NCBI GenBank assembly: GCA_964187785.1
Contig: CAXLNC010001319.1
Coordinates: 62,001 to 126,000, forward strand
DNA length: 64,000 bases
Direction: 5' to 3'
Source of the DNA: Amphiscolops sp. MND2022
Taxonomy: Eukaryota
In this document: piece after piece, positions 13,100-25,800 of the stretch
Layout: the number at the start of each line of letters is the position of its first letter
How positions within the stretch are numbered: the stretch's first letter is position 1
The notes under the pieces: model-generated
What the model was told of the DNA's origin: nothing
Seen by the model: the letters and a program-made list of their open reading frames with translations, nothing else
Database searches by the model: none
Made by a program: the position numbers and the translations under genes

Positions 13100-15860
13100 A
13101 TATTCCTATCTCAAGTGGAGGATGGAGCTCAATTTTGAAAACTTTAGAATGTTGCTAACTGGAGAAAGAATTTTATTCTTGAGTTGAAATATGGTTATTT
13201 TTTATCATTTTGTAACCAAATGTTCAATACGAAAATTGGAAGCAGAATGATTCGAGGTTAAAATGATGGCGGTGGAAAAGTATAATTTGATTTCTAAAAA
13301 ACTTTGACAAGACTGTCATAGTCATTATTGACAGGAGTGTTATCAGCAGTATAGTCATTTGGAGTTGTTCTGTCATTTGAATAAATAGGTTAAGTGGAGT
13401 TTTGTACTGGTGATGAAAAAAGTGTTGAAGGAATTTTGTGATTTGTTTTGCGATGTAGAGATTGTTTTTGATTTGAAAATCATTTCAATCGTGCCATTTT
13501 GTTAAAACTAATTGGTCGTTTTGTATCAAAAAAGTGGTGGTGAAATAATACCAATTGGGTTATTAATTTGATTATTTTGGTTGTCTGAATGAGAAAAAGT
13601 CATCTTGTGGGTTGTCAGTTGTATGTGTCATAGGTGAAGACTTGGAAGCTGTGAGTGCTAATTTGGAATAGTTATTGCGAGTGTCATTAAGATCATTGAC
13701 GATTCCAGCGGTAAGAACGGTAAAGAAACCATGTGCTATAGAACTAAATATTGTAATGTTTTGTTAACGGTTGTTTTTAATTGAAACTGAGTTACACAGT
13801 TTTACATTGAGAAAACGGGTTGCATGTATGAAAAGAAATGTAGAAAAATATATTCCACATTGAGTTAAAATAAAAACATGTATATCCGAATATTCCAATA
13901 AAAGCATCTGAAAACCATGTAGGTGTAAAAAGAGGAGTCAAATTGATAAGTTTGTCATGTAGTCCAACACGTATAGTATTATAAGGATTTTCTTGAGGTG
14001 AATTTGCATAGTTAGGTGTATTGGATGAATGGAAGGAATATCTAAGAGCTTTTTGCAAAGGTTGAAGCGTTGAATCAGAGTGGTTTGAAAACAATATTCT
14101 GTTCCAGAATTGATCTAGTTTAGCATTAGAATGTATGCCAGCATCTTGAGCTGTGAAAGTATTGGGTCGTTATGTAGTTTTATTTTGAGAAGGTGTAGGC
14201 ATGAGTGGTGGTTTTCGTTTAATAGGTTCTGGTCCAAGAATGTAAAAGTCTTCGTCATCTGTATCAGCATCTAGTTCAATAGTTTTTTTCGGATTATTAT
14301 CACATGCAATAGGAGTAGCATAATCATATGTTTTGTCTTGTAATTGGATCTACATACATAAGAGTATCTTTAAAGTGTATTGGTATTTGAACGAAGCATC
14401 GATCGGCTTCGTGAAAAGCAGAGAGAAAGTGTGGACAATCGTAGAGCCAGGCAGTTGAGCCTTCGACGTACAAAAAACTACTACAATTTCCTGTTAAAAG
14501 AAATCCTGCAAGTTAAGGGTTTTGTACTGACATTGCAAGCTTTGTAAAAAGTTGATTTCGTTCTGGTTCCCAGACTGTATGAAGGGTATTTAATTCTTGT
14601 ACAGTCATAGAACGGAAAACATGGTTGATAGTGCAACCTATTTTTGTGTTATTATGTGCCTCATAACAATGGTAGAAAAGGTTTTTGGAACGTTTAATGC
14701 AGGAAATATAAACTTGTTGGAATCGTCCAATACGATTTTACCAGAGATATATTGGTTGATTACAGATTGAGGTTTCGGTTGTCCTGTATGCATATTGAAA
14801 CCATCTGTATGTTACAAAAAGATCAGAATATTGTGAAAAAAAAGAGGGTCAGGTTTGCCACAAATTGTTTGAGCATTTAGAAATACTTCCAAACATGAGA
14901 GACTAGGATTGTGTGGACTTTGTGTATGTGGAAAATGTACATAAGGATATGACGTTCATTTAAAAGCAGAGGTTTTATCAGGTTTTTTAAGATGTGTAGA
15001 ATGTACGAAAGAGTCTGTTTCAATTCAATATCGATCTTCAATTTTTGTCATAGGTCCAATAAAGTAAAAAAAGATTAAGCAAAAATCATCTTTGAAGCAA
15101 GCAAGAGTGAAAGGAGTTTAAGTGGCTGGTTTGCAAAAACCATCGGCATAAAAAACATGGAAGGTTATGTCCTTCATCAATTTTAACATTTTCTGTATCG
15201 TCAAAAGTTAGTTCTATTTCAAAAATTTCTAAACGCCAACCGACAAGGTTGACTTCAATTTGATGATGAGCAGACCAGGTGTGATAAGGGTTTTTCAATG
15301 GAACATAAATCCACTTTTTGTCAAGTAAACGTGCCTGTGTACATTTTCTTTAATTGATATACTGTAAAAAAAAGGTTGATATTGTTCCAATCTTTCTTGG
15401 AAGTAATGATCTTCTAAGAGTTTAAAAGTTTTTTTGTAATGTAAGTTATTCAATTATTCATTATTTGTACCATTGAGGTGTCTAATAATGTTCTTACATT
15501 CGAGAGGATCAAGTGTAACAGGGAGTGGCATCAAGTTATGATTCCATGCTGTTCTATCAACACGGCGATATTTAACTGAGCCTTGAAAACAAATCTTTCT
15601 TTCTTTTTTAGCAAAAGCTACACAATAAGTTTTTGCTCTGAGATAGACTCTAGCTTTAACATTAGCGTTTTGTATATTAGAAGGAGCTTCTGTGCATTGT
15701 TTTACATTTATTAGAGTAAATTGTCTTTGTATAAGATTATGTTGTTTCTCACAATCATAGTGCCAAACCAAAAGAATTGTGGTATTTGGATCACCTGATA
15801 ATTTTCTGTATTAGTTGATGTGATAGGTATAGTGGATGTAAAGGTAAAAATGGACGAATG
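13100..15860 (-). pseudogene. env: env-like envelope glycoprotein of gypsy element C, broken by stops and frameshifts
   Basis: Cys-rich ectodomain (WHYDCEKQ..VKQCTEAPS..LDPLECKNII), core NP*LAGFLLTGN..EGSTAWLYDCPHF..DRCFVQIPIHFKDTLMYVDPITRQ, C-terminal hydrophobic segment near 13850-13900 and a tail; located downstream of a putative integrase-tail region. Confidence 0.7.
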
Positions 15861-15933
15861 TCGTATTATATTAGTTATATATATAAAGGTAGATAGTTTA
15901 GAAGGAAGTTTTGAATTTAAGACCTGAACATGG

Positions 15934-17440
15934 TGTAAGAACCACGTCCTGTGGTGTCTCTCGAATCACCAACGGACCGTGAGTCCTTTTTCAAAATTTT
16001 TTTTCAAGCCGGATGAGTTTTCCCTGTTCTTTTGACTATTGGGGGACAAACTGGCCTCAGTGTCCCTATTCCCTGAGGATGACATTGAACTCACAATGTT
16101 TTGAATTTCATGAATCACCCTTTCCGATATAGCAGTGCTTATCGCTCTATTTATTTGATTATGGACCATGGTCATCATGGAATCCATTTCTTGAGATAAT
16201 CTGAGAATAAATTCATTAGAAAAGGTCTCAAAGGACCGCCTAACGTCGTTCTGCCCAAAAGGCTCATTTCCTTGTACAAAGTTTCTGTAATTGGCCTCAT
16301 GAAATTCATTAGTCTCATAGTCTCCTTGAGTAGAAGATTGCTCTATCACATCTGCTAATTCTTTCTCAATAGGGTTTTCATTTCCATTTCCCAGCATTAC
16401 ATCTAGATTATCTATATCAGACATCATGTCCATTTCTCTAGAATTTCTAGCTTTGGCTTTTTGTCTTCTTGTGGAAGGCATAAGAGATTATTGCAAGGGG
16501 AAACATTTGAATTCTTTTCTATCTTGCAAAACAGGATTTGGATTGGTTTTACTTCAAACGTAACAAGGTAAACGACAATAACAATTGTGTTTTGGACCTA
16601 AGGTCCGCAGTATATATACTGGTAGTTGCATGACACACAAAATACCCCAGGTCATGATACTAAAAATAACCCGTGTTGTAACTAAAAATAGCGCCTACTA
16701 TTTATAGCCGTGAAGGCGGCATGACGGCAGGACTACATCAAAGGGATAGTGCACTTGCAAGCACCTCCAACAACTCTATATGTAGAAGGACAACGGGTCC
16801 AAGTGCCTTTCAAGGCCTTTCACACGTACATGTAGCTACAACAAAACACTTCATTCAACTATATTTGAACAACAACAATTTATATGCTGAACACTACATG
16901 TCTAAATGTGCATAATCGATATTGAGTCTTGATCATGATTAGAGCGAACAATTCAATGGTTTCCATCAAAAGGGGCACTAATGCAATTAGTACAACTTGT
17001 ATACATTGATAAATACTGCAAATAATATCTTTGTTCAAATTTGGACTCAATGTCCACGCGTCGTTACTTGATAGCACTCAGTCGTTTATTGACGGCATGT
17101 GGCCCTTGAGTCCTTAATTAAAGCACAGCATAGAATGAATAAATGAATAGTGCGCTGTGATTGGCTGAGAAATTGGACGGACAGCGCGTCTGGTGAGACA
17201 GGAGAGGAAACATTTGAACTAGTTGAATATGTACTAATACATTGAAATCAACTTTGAAACGATCAAAATATTACAAGGTTGTTTCCGATTAATTACTGCA
17301 CGAAATTCTAGACTTAAAGCCGTTAAGGCCAAAAGCAGAACAGTAAATATATGAAAGATAAATTACAACAAAATAAGTTTGTAGTTTGTTTCTTTATGGC
17401 CGTAGGACACACAGTCCTTTCCTTCAATTTATTGGCAGCT
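15934..17440 (-). repeat. 3' LTR of element A (its 5' end degenerate)
   Basis: Direct repeat of 29039-30596; minus-strand end GTTCTTACA; contains a copy of the Gag N-terminal ORF (15966-16481). Confidence 0.9.
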
Positions 17441-20400
17441 CCAATTTCGCTGCGTCGGTGAAGTCCATGGGAAAAGTATCAGACATATCAGACATGATTC
17501 GATTTTTAAAGATTTTCTTTGCACTCTTGATTAGGTTTTTCCGATTAGGAAGCAGCTGATTTTTAACAGAGAAACAAAAACAATGGCGTTTCTGTTCTCT
17601 GCCGACTCACGGACCCTCCGTTCCACTTTTCCCGGGGAATTACATTCCTCAAGACTGCTAAATACCTCAAAACAAATTTCCATCTCTTTTATTCTTTCAA
17701 GTAGCCGCTAGGTCCACTTTGATACCGCCGCCGCTCGCCTTGTTCATCTCCATTAACTTTGTCAATACTCTTGAGTTGGGAGTTTTTCTTCAAGTGTTTA
17801 TTAACACTCTTCAGCCACTTGGGAGTTTCGAGTAGGTGAAGATACGTCTGAAGGCCACGCCGTCCCTCATGATCTGAGCGGCAAATAGAAGAGCACCAAA
17901 TTCTTTGTCGCTTCAAAATGGCCTTCCAAGGCCGCAATTCCATATGAGGAATAATATGAAATGACCTTGAAAATAAATAAAATAAAATAAAATAAAACAA
18001 AACAAGATAAAAAGAAATTATGAAATAATTTTGTAAAAATGGCAAAATTTTCGAAATAAAGGGAAAAAATGTAGATACAGCTGGCCGACTCCATCCACAA
18101 AATAACATAATTTGTACGTAATTGTAAATTTGACACCAAAATGTATATCCACGAACTCCAATTTTGGCATCTTGTCACATTGCCGATTCGCCTTTTCAAT
18201 TGCTTACTTTCAATTCTTCATTGCATATTATCCATTCTTCTATCCAGTATTTAATCACCATCGTACTTATCTATTTCATATTTGGTCAATAGTTAGTCTT
18301 TGAGTCACATTTAATTGTAATCCTTTACTTCATGTCCACCTTGGGACTCAGTGTCCATTCGTCCTCATTCTTGTGGATTTGCACGGATTGCTCCGTCTAA
18401 TCGACATTCAGTCCACAATTTGGTAGCCCCAGCCAATTTCGGTATCCCTGATCTCTTTCAAAACATACAGTGCGGCAATTTCTTCATCCGCACCACTACA
18501 AACTTCCTTGCAGACCGATTTGCGTCCTTACAAGAATCTACTGATATACTGCCATTTTCCAATACCAAGTAAATAGTTGCTCTTCTTTCGTTTTGAATAG
18601 GAATTAGGCTTGATCAGGGCTCCAATTACTTTCATCGACTTCCTGTCCATATAATACGAGTGTTCACAAGTGTTCAAACAAATCAACTTCCGGAAGATTT
18701 TTAAACGCGGCAAATGGATTCTCATTCAGGAAGGTTCCCGCTTGATCTCTTCCCTTTTTATTTAGACATGTCGTCAGAGAATGCTCTAGAAGAGACTACA
18801 ACAACACCTTCTGGTACAGGAGAGCACGAACAGCCAGCAAAACTTCTTTCAACTGTCGTTAGTTTGTCACGAGCCGTCTCCCAGGAAGCTTTTACCCCCA
18901 GCCCATCCACAAAGGAGAGCGTCAGCGCTTACGTAGAGCGCACTCTGCAAGAACTAGGTCCCCAACATGAAATTCGCTTCTTACCGCCCACTGAGACCGA
19001 GTTGACTGTGCCGGCTCCAGAACAAGAAGTCCCCAAGGCATCTGTTTCAGATGCAATTGTCAAGCCTATTGGAGGGGACGGAGGTCACTCAGATGGCTTA
19101 ATGGAAGTTGAGACGCAAGAAGAAGAAATGAGTGAGGTTGGTCGATTCAAACTCAGGGCTGACTACTTCCAAACCGATACCAGTGAGATCGAGGATCTCT
19201 ACGATAGTGCCGGGGCGGACACCACAACCCCTGCACTACTAAGCCCACTTTCATGGCTTCAGGGGTTGCTGATCTAGAAGAAGAAAGACAAGAAACTTTG
19301 GTTACGGACCGTTTGGGTGACACAGCCAGCATTGTAACTCGCGTGCGGCAGACAAAAGACAATACTAGTCTTACCGTCCCTGGCCGAGCACTGCTCAAAA
19401 AGTAATTTAACGAGGCCCCACCAATTCACCTGCCTGTTGGACACCGAACCCTGGCCCTTAGTGAACCACAGGTCCATGCATTGCTCAAGGTTGTCTCAGA
19501 CGAGGCTGTTTCATCGTCACTGCGCACAATGCACTCATTGGTTAATGAAACTCTTAAGGCTGGCAGTAGAATGGGCAAGGAGTGGGCCGTTCCCGGAAGT
19601 TCGCGACCTCCTCGTACTAATTCTGAAAGTTCAGCAGAAGACACGTCTCGAGGTGGTCACACGACTGATGACTATACTAGCGATGAGTTCCGATGACGAA
19701 ATTATCGCCCGTCGATCTACTTTTCCGCAGATGCCGTCAGTCAACGAGACTTCATCATCTGCTGCAATTGGATCTGATGAAATGATCCCGAGCCCAGGGT
19801 TTACGGCCTCTGATTACAAACCACTGTCCCAATTGTGTTCTCCTTCACAACCTGAGGGTCCTAAGACTTCAAGACCTGTCCGAAAACGGAGGAAAATGGC
19901 TGGATCCACAGGAAAAGTTATGAAAGAAGCCTATTTTAAAGGTATGAAATAAACCAAGACCTTCGTGACCGGCCCGTTGGATCCAGAGCATATCAAGCAT
20001 AAATTTTATTGCCAAATTTGCAAGTCTAACATCTCCATGTTCTCTAAAGGAGCCAGAGAAATTGTTAGGCATTACCAGTTGGAGTCGCACCTCCGGAAAG
20101 ACCAGCGCTAGAGGTATTAACATTTACGGCGTGTGGACCCGGTGACCGGCCAAGTAAAGCATGACATCCGTGGCAAGGACGGACAAATTCCTACGCCACT
20201 TGAGCTGGAGAAGGAGAAGCCTCTTTTCGAGAACGCCATCTTGATCGACATAGGGGACAAGCACCCCTTTTACGACGACTACATTGCAGGAACGACAGCT
20301 ACAGCTAGCTCTGAAGAAGTCAAAACCTGTACTCAGATTTCCTTGGTTGGCCACTCCGTCCCTCAGTGCGGAGACGTCTTGCTACTAAAGACTTTGTGGA

Positions 20401-20471
20401 ACCAGATTGGCGTAGCTGCTAATCACAAGGAGCCCTTTTCACCTCTTGAGTGGGGCGCAACAACTTTGACC

Positions 20472-20554
20472 GTAAGTATTCTTTTCTTTCCAATTTTATT
20501 AGCATCGTTAGGCTTTCAACTTTCACCGTCACATTTAGCCCATTTTGGTTTTAG
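20472..20554 (+). other. Spliceosomal intron (83 nt, phase 0) in antisense gene A
   Basis: ACC|GTAAGT...TTTTAG|ACT; removal fuses ORF 20133 in frame with ORF 20585. Confidence 0.85.
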
Positions 20555-21040
20555 ACTATCTTCCACCACTTCTTCCTCTGTGGCATGAGCGACATAGCAC
20601 ACCACGTCAACGTCTCCAGCAAGTACTCCTTGGAGTTTGAGCCCTCAGGCCTTCATTGTATCGTCTCGATCCGTTTCTGGAAGGGAGATAGTTTGTGCAC
20701 TGTCCGAGTTTTACAATACCGCCTCGCCAGCTATCATGCCGCCGGGCTATTGGCTGCAATTGCACGCATCTTCTCGTTCCTGTCAGTGCAACCCCAACTG
20801 GTTAGCGTGATTTGTTGTCCATCAGAGCTTCTTCCCATCCTGGAGCGGTCGGGCCAACTAATGAAAGGGATCCAATATCCATTCAGGTTTGATGCATTCT
20901 CGGTACCCAAACTTATGCATCAGAAATGGGGAAGCGTCTTCGGAGGAATCAACTTTTTCTTTCAACTCCGATTCTTGGTTACGTTCCTGGATGGCTGCCA
21001 GGACGAGATTTGGGCCTCTCAATCCCCTGAACTCAGCAAG

Positions 21041-21112
21041 GTAGATATAACGTATCCCTTTTGAGAGGTGGACTAGTGGTCAGCTTCAGTCTCAATTGGT
21101 TCTTTTATTTAG
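21041..21112 (+). other. Spliceosomal intron (72 nt, phase 0) in antisense gene A
   Basis: AAG|GTAGAT...TTTTATTTAG|GCA; contains in-frame stops; spliced ..SPELSK/AISTCS.. aligns with the contiguous B sequence ..TPVLRRCIIAGR.. Confidence 0.7.
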
Positions 21113-22837
21113 GCAATTTCAACTTGTTCCCTGGTAATCGTCTCCATTCCTGCGATATTCTCTGAGCTGCTAGCGGACTGGAAGGCAGTCCATGATTACA
21201 TGACCCGAGTTGCACCAACACAGGAAAATCAAGATGTAAGGCACAGGCCCCAAAGTATGGAGTGGAGCATAATTGGCGACGAGTTCTTCCACCTCAAACT
21301 CGAATTCTTTGGGCGAATTCGCCGTGATTAATTGTGTTTCCTTTTTTCCCTGGAGCAAGTATGCGTAAACACATAGTCCCCCACACTCGTGCTCAAGTGG
21401 AACCAGTATCAATCCAATAAACTAGAGGTCTACTCGTTTATTGCGAGCATAGCATTCAAAGGGCTTGTTGTTTTACAGATACCAAGTGCTTCGAAGGCAG
21501 CCTCTCCCAACGCAAAGACTCTGGCTTCCTCACATACCGAGAATTACGGCAGTTTGTGCGGAAGCTCTGCTACAGATCCTTGCTTCCAAAACATCTGCCT
21601 GATGAGACCGATTGGACCGGACTGCACACGTTGCAAGGAGAGTCACTTACCCAACTTTCATCGCGGGATTTCCTAAATCGGTTGAAACTTAAAGGAGATT
21701 TGGACGTTGCTTGTCGGTCTAGAGCCAAACGTGAGGTCGACGATCCACAAAGTGTCCACACTGACTTCGAAGCCGCTGTTGAATTGATTAGAGAAGAATT
21801 TGCCTCCAAAGCGCGCAGCTACTTGGTCTATCTTCTGGAACGTTCCCTAGACGACATCAGTTTTAATTCCGGCATAGTTAGGGGCATGAGTTGCTTTTAC
21901 CCCGTGGTCCTTCTTTGTGTGTGCTTTGACCAAGCCGCGCTTTGTTTCTCTACCCTTTATTATTCCTTCAGCCTGCGTAGATGGATGTCCAATACTCCCG
22001 AAACTGAGGCTCGCGATGAGTACCAAGAGTTTGTGGACTTCTTTCGCAATAAATACCAGGACTTTAGAGATGCCCCAGAAACTTTCACTGACATGATTGA
22101 ACTGTTGACGCCCATGCCCGAGTTGAGATCTCGCCGACACCTCTTCTATTTATTCCAATTAAGTTGCCTCTGTTTGACTTCTCAGATTCCCCGACTGCCA
22201 GCTGTCAAGTTTCAGGGTGTAGATAGTGGTGATCCTCGCTGTCGATTGTCCGGCGTCATACTTCCGGCTCAGTCTTATTTGGCAAACGTGGTTGGGTCAG
22301 TAGCAGTGTGTACAACTGAGGCCTATTTGGACAAATAACGCAAGCTAGAGTCCAAATTCATCAGTGGAAACGTTGCAGGTGACCCCTGGGTTCACATTGA
22401 TAGTTTTGGCAAGGCCAATTTCCTGAAGGAGCTTGTTTCCGCTCAGAAGGCTTTGAAAGATAGACCTCGCTCTGTTAGTCGGTCACCTTCTTCTACCGTG
22501 CCCAGTACTGGAGGGCAACGACGTAATCGGTCTCCAACTAAGGATAAGAAGGGAGTGAAGTTTGGAGCTGTCTACTTTTCTGAAGCACCCGCTGCCAGTG
22601 ATATTCTGTTGCCCGGAAATTCTAAAAACTAAATGTACATAGAGTACTCTCTCGCTTAGTATTTATCGTATTATTTTATTTTGTTTGTTGGAACTTCTTG
22701 AATTTGTTTGTAGTATTTCTGATCGTCAGGGCTGTTTTATTTTGTGTTCATTTGCTTAAAATCGAGAAGTCCAGTAAAAAACAGTAAGTGAGTCAGTCAG
22801 TCTAAAAGTCTATCTGGACGCTAATTTACATATCTGG

Positions 22838-25800
22838 CTAATATCTGTATTCATCAGTGAAGTTGGGGGTGGGGTTAGGGCGAAGATTATTTTTCCCTCC
22901 TCTAGGGCTAGAATTTTCCTCAATTCTTTCATTTTCCAATTTTCCGGGCACAGTAAGATCTGCGCCTCCATTTGAAGCAATGACCGTGCTTTCTAAATCA
23001 TTTGTGACGTCATTTTGATTTTCTGTCCCACGTGGCGTTTCATTCAGCGGGGACGACTCTATTCGGCTACCGGCCGATCTCGGCCGTGTTTTGTGTTCAT
23101 TGACGTCATCTTCGTTCATTTCAGCGCTGCTGCATTCGTCTCTATTCGTGCTGCTGCTATCATTCTCGTTGACGTAATAGTCCACTTCTCCGTTCGTGGC
23201 GTCCTTCGTCGGACACGTGGCCGCGTCTGGCCAATCATTTCTTTTCGGCTCGAACAGCTCGTACTAAAAGTCCGCTTCCCATGAATTGGTATACAAATCA
23301 TCTTGCGGTATTATTATTGATTCGTCAGGCTGTAATTTCTCTTCTTTGTACTTGTCCTCTAAAGGGACATTTGGAACAATTTTTTTGAGCCTAATCCGGT
23401 GTAAGAACTGCGTTTTGTTGGTATTTAAACGACGCACTATGTAATTGTTGTTTGGTTACACTTTTTGGACTACAAAGGGGCCAGTCCACCTGAAGTCTCT
23501 ATATGGTATTTCAGAGCCTTGGCTATCTGCTTTCGGTTGAAGAACAAAACAGCAGTCCCTTTCTTGTAGTGGAGCTGCCTTGGCCTTTCGGTCGTAGTAT
23601 TCCTTATACTTTAAGTACGACTGCATAAAATTCTTTTTTTGTCTGATCAATGAGGATTTGCATCCTCTGTTGCGATTCTTCTGCGAATTCAGTTGTCGGT
23701 AGGAAGTTTTTATTAGGATTGTTTCCTAATTTATGATCAAGGACATTGTAGGGAATCCGGCCTTGAAAAATTTTGCTAGGTTCACAACCAATACTAGATT
23801 GATAAGTAGTGTTGTAGTTGAGCACAGCTAGTGGCAAATATTTGTGCAATTGACGTCGATATTCCCCTGAGGCCATCTTCAGATTCGTCTTTAGAGAGGC
23901 GTGTGTCCTTTAGAGTTTGCCAATTGTTTGCGGATGCTTTGTAGTTGCGCATTTGAGTGTGTTATGCCCAAAATTGCAGTGATTTCCGCTAAAATCGTTG
24001 AAGTAAAAGCGGACACCTTGTCTGTGATGAGGGTTGTCGGCAAATATGAGTGTTTTGTCATTATATCAATTATCACCATGGCCACATTTGCGGCTGTTGC
24101 CTCAATTAGCGGGTAGGCGAGTAGATATCTTGAAAATACATCTATTGCGGTCATCACTGTCTGGTATCCGCCACTAGTTGGTAAATTTGGTAGTAAGTCA
24201 ATTTGCATGACATCTTCTGGGCCGAGGTCTCAATCAAGCAAATTCAATAATTCAGGGGTAATTACCGTATTAGGGACCCTTTTGTCCTTGGCACATATTT
24301 CACAGCCTTCTACCCATTTTTTGACGTATTTTGCTTTCCCTGGGTAGTAGATTTTTGGCGAATTTCCTGGAGCATTTTAGAAATACCCGGATGTCGGTGT
24401 GGCGTGCCATGAATTGCTTGTAATAGTTCTTTGACTAGATGCTTCGGTAATAGGATTTGATGACATTTGATTTGTCCAGTTTCATCATAATACTGCCGTG
24501 TCACGATTTCGTCCTTAAGGACTATTCGGTCTATATTATTCAAGTAATATTTGCACCGAATATCTCGTTGCCAGATTTCTTCAAAGTATTCTTCCTCCTG
24601 AATTTTTGCATTCAATTGGAGCAAAATCGGGTCTTTAGACTGTTCTAGTAGTATCTGGTTGGTTCGTCTCAATTTCTGAGTAAAACTGGTAATTTCTTCT
24701 ACGATGTTCTCTGATATTGCATCAATTTGAATTACTGTCTCAGGGACCATAAGTCCCTTTTTGGTTTGCTTTTTTCGTTCCCAAATCTGTTCTTCTGTTT
24801 CGTTGTCTTCGTCAGTGAAGAAGTCTTGCTCTTCTTCAGATACTCCGGCTGATTGGACATTGACCTCGATCGATCTAGTTTCCACGTCCTCTCGTATTTT
24901 CAGGACTAACTTTTAAGTGGGGTCCAGTTCCATACGGGACAAGTAGTCTGCCGCTGTATTGTTTTTGCCTGGAATATGAGCTATTATGAAGTTGAATTGA
25001 ATGACAAAATCACAAGCGTTCCAGAGCGGCGGTGGGATTATTTTCGTCTGGAAGAACCTCGTGACCGATTTGTTATCTGTGAGAATAACCACGGGTAGAG
25101 GTGTTCCCCAGAAGATACGTCCAAATTCCTTAAATGCGTAACATATAGCTAGGAATTCCTTTGCATATATCGACATTTTGAGCTGAGAGGGAGTAAAAGT
25201 TTTGGATCCGTATGCAATTGGCGCATAGGACTTTTTGACAGAAGTGTATTTTTGGTTTGGGTCGTCTTCAGTTAATATGGCGTAACCGGCTGCTGTAAAA
25301 CTTGCATCAATCATGAGGACCAGCTGTTTGTTGGGCAGAGGTTGTTTCAAGGCTAATTGACTGCATCTGTCTAAGTACAGGTTGATCTCATTATATTGTT
25401 CAACTAGCTCTTGAGTCACTAGGACCTTTTCGTCTTTTTTGAGTAATTGGAAGAAAGGAACTAGTTTTTCGGATAATCTTGGTATATAATTCCTGTAATA
25501 GTTGAGGAACCCAAGATAGTGTTGTAGGGCCTTCTTGGACTTTGGGAATTTCGTCTTTTCCAAGAAGTTAGTGATACTTTTTTGGGGGGGTTTACACCTT
25601 CAGGGGTAATGGTTCTCCCAAGAAAGTCGATTTCGGTAGCGCCAATGCGGCAATTGTGCATGGACAATTTCAATCCCGCTTCTCTGATACATTGGAATGT
25701 TGCTCCTAAGTTGGCGATGAGTTGGTTAGCGTCTATCGCCGCGACGGCGATATCGTATATATATTGAGCGCATTGATCGGCTTTGATAACACGATCCAGG

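Larger units (their letters stand above)
18714..22632 (+). pseudogene. Antisense multi-exon accessory gene of element A: disordered N-terminus, C2H2/BED-like Zn finger, hAT-transposase-like body
   Basis: FYCQICKSNISMFSKGAREIVRHYQLESH finger near 20000-20095; ORF pieces 18714-19277, 19437-19952, 20133-20471, 20555-21040, 21113-about 21320, 21479-22632 joined by GT-AG introns or frameshifts; homologous to 46119-50083. Confidence 0.8.

Noticed and set aside
17650-17950. Minus-strand frame in element A open except for several TGA codons, suggesting TGA=Trp
   Set aside because: It also contains TAG, it is short, and all other ORFs here use the standard code; probably chance or decay.
17970-18015. 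(AAAAT)n run
   Set aside because: Ordinary microsatellite or low-complexity sequence.
21170-21412. Protein-like minus-strand ORF (..NSPKEFEFEVEELV..)
   Set aside because: It overlaps the plus-strand exon that aligns with the element B homolog, so it is treated as a shadow ORF.
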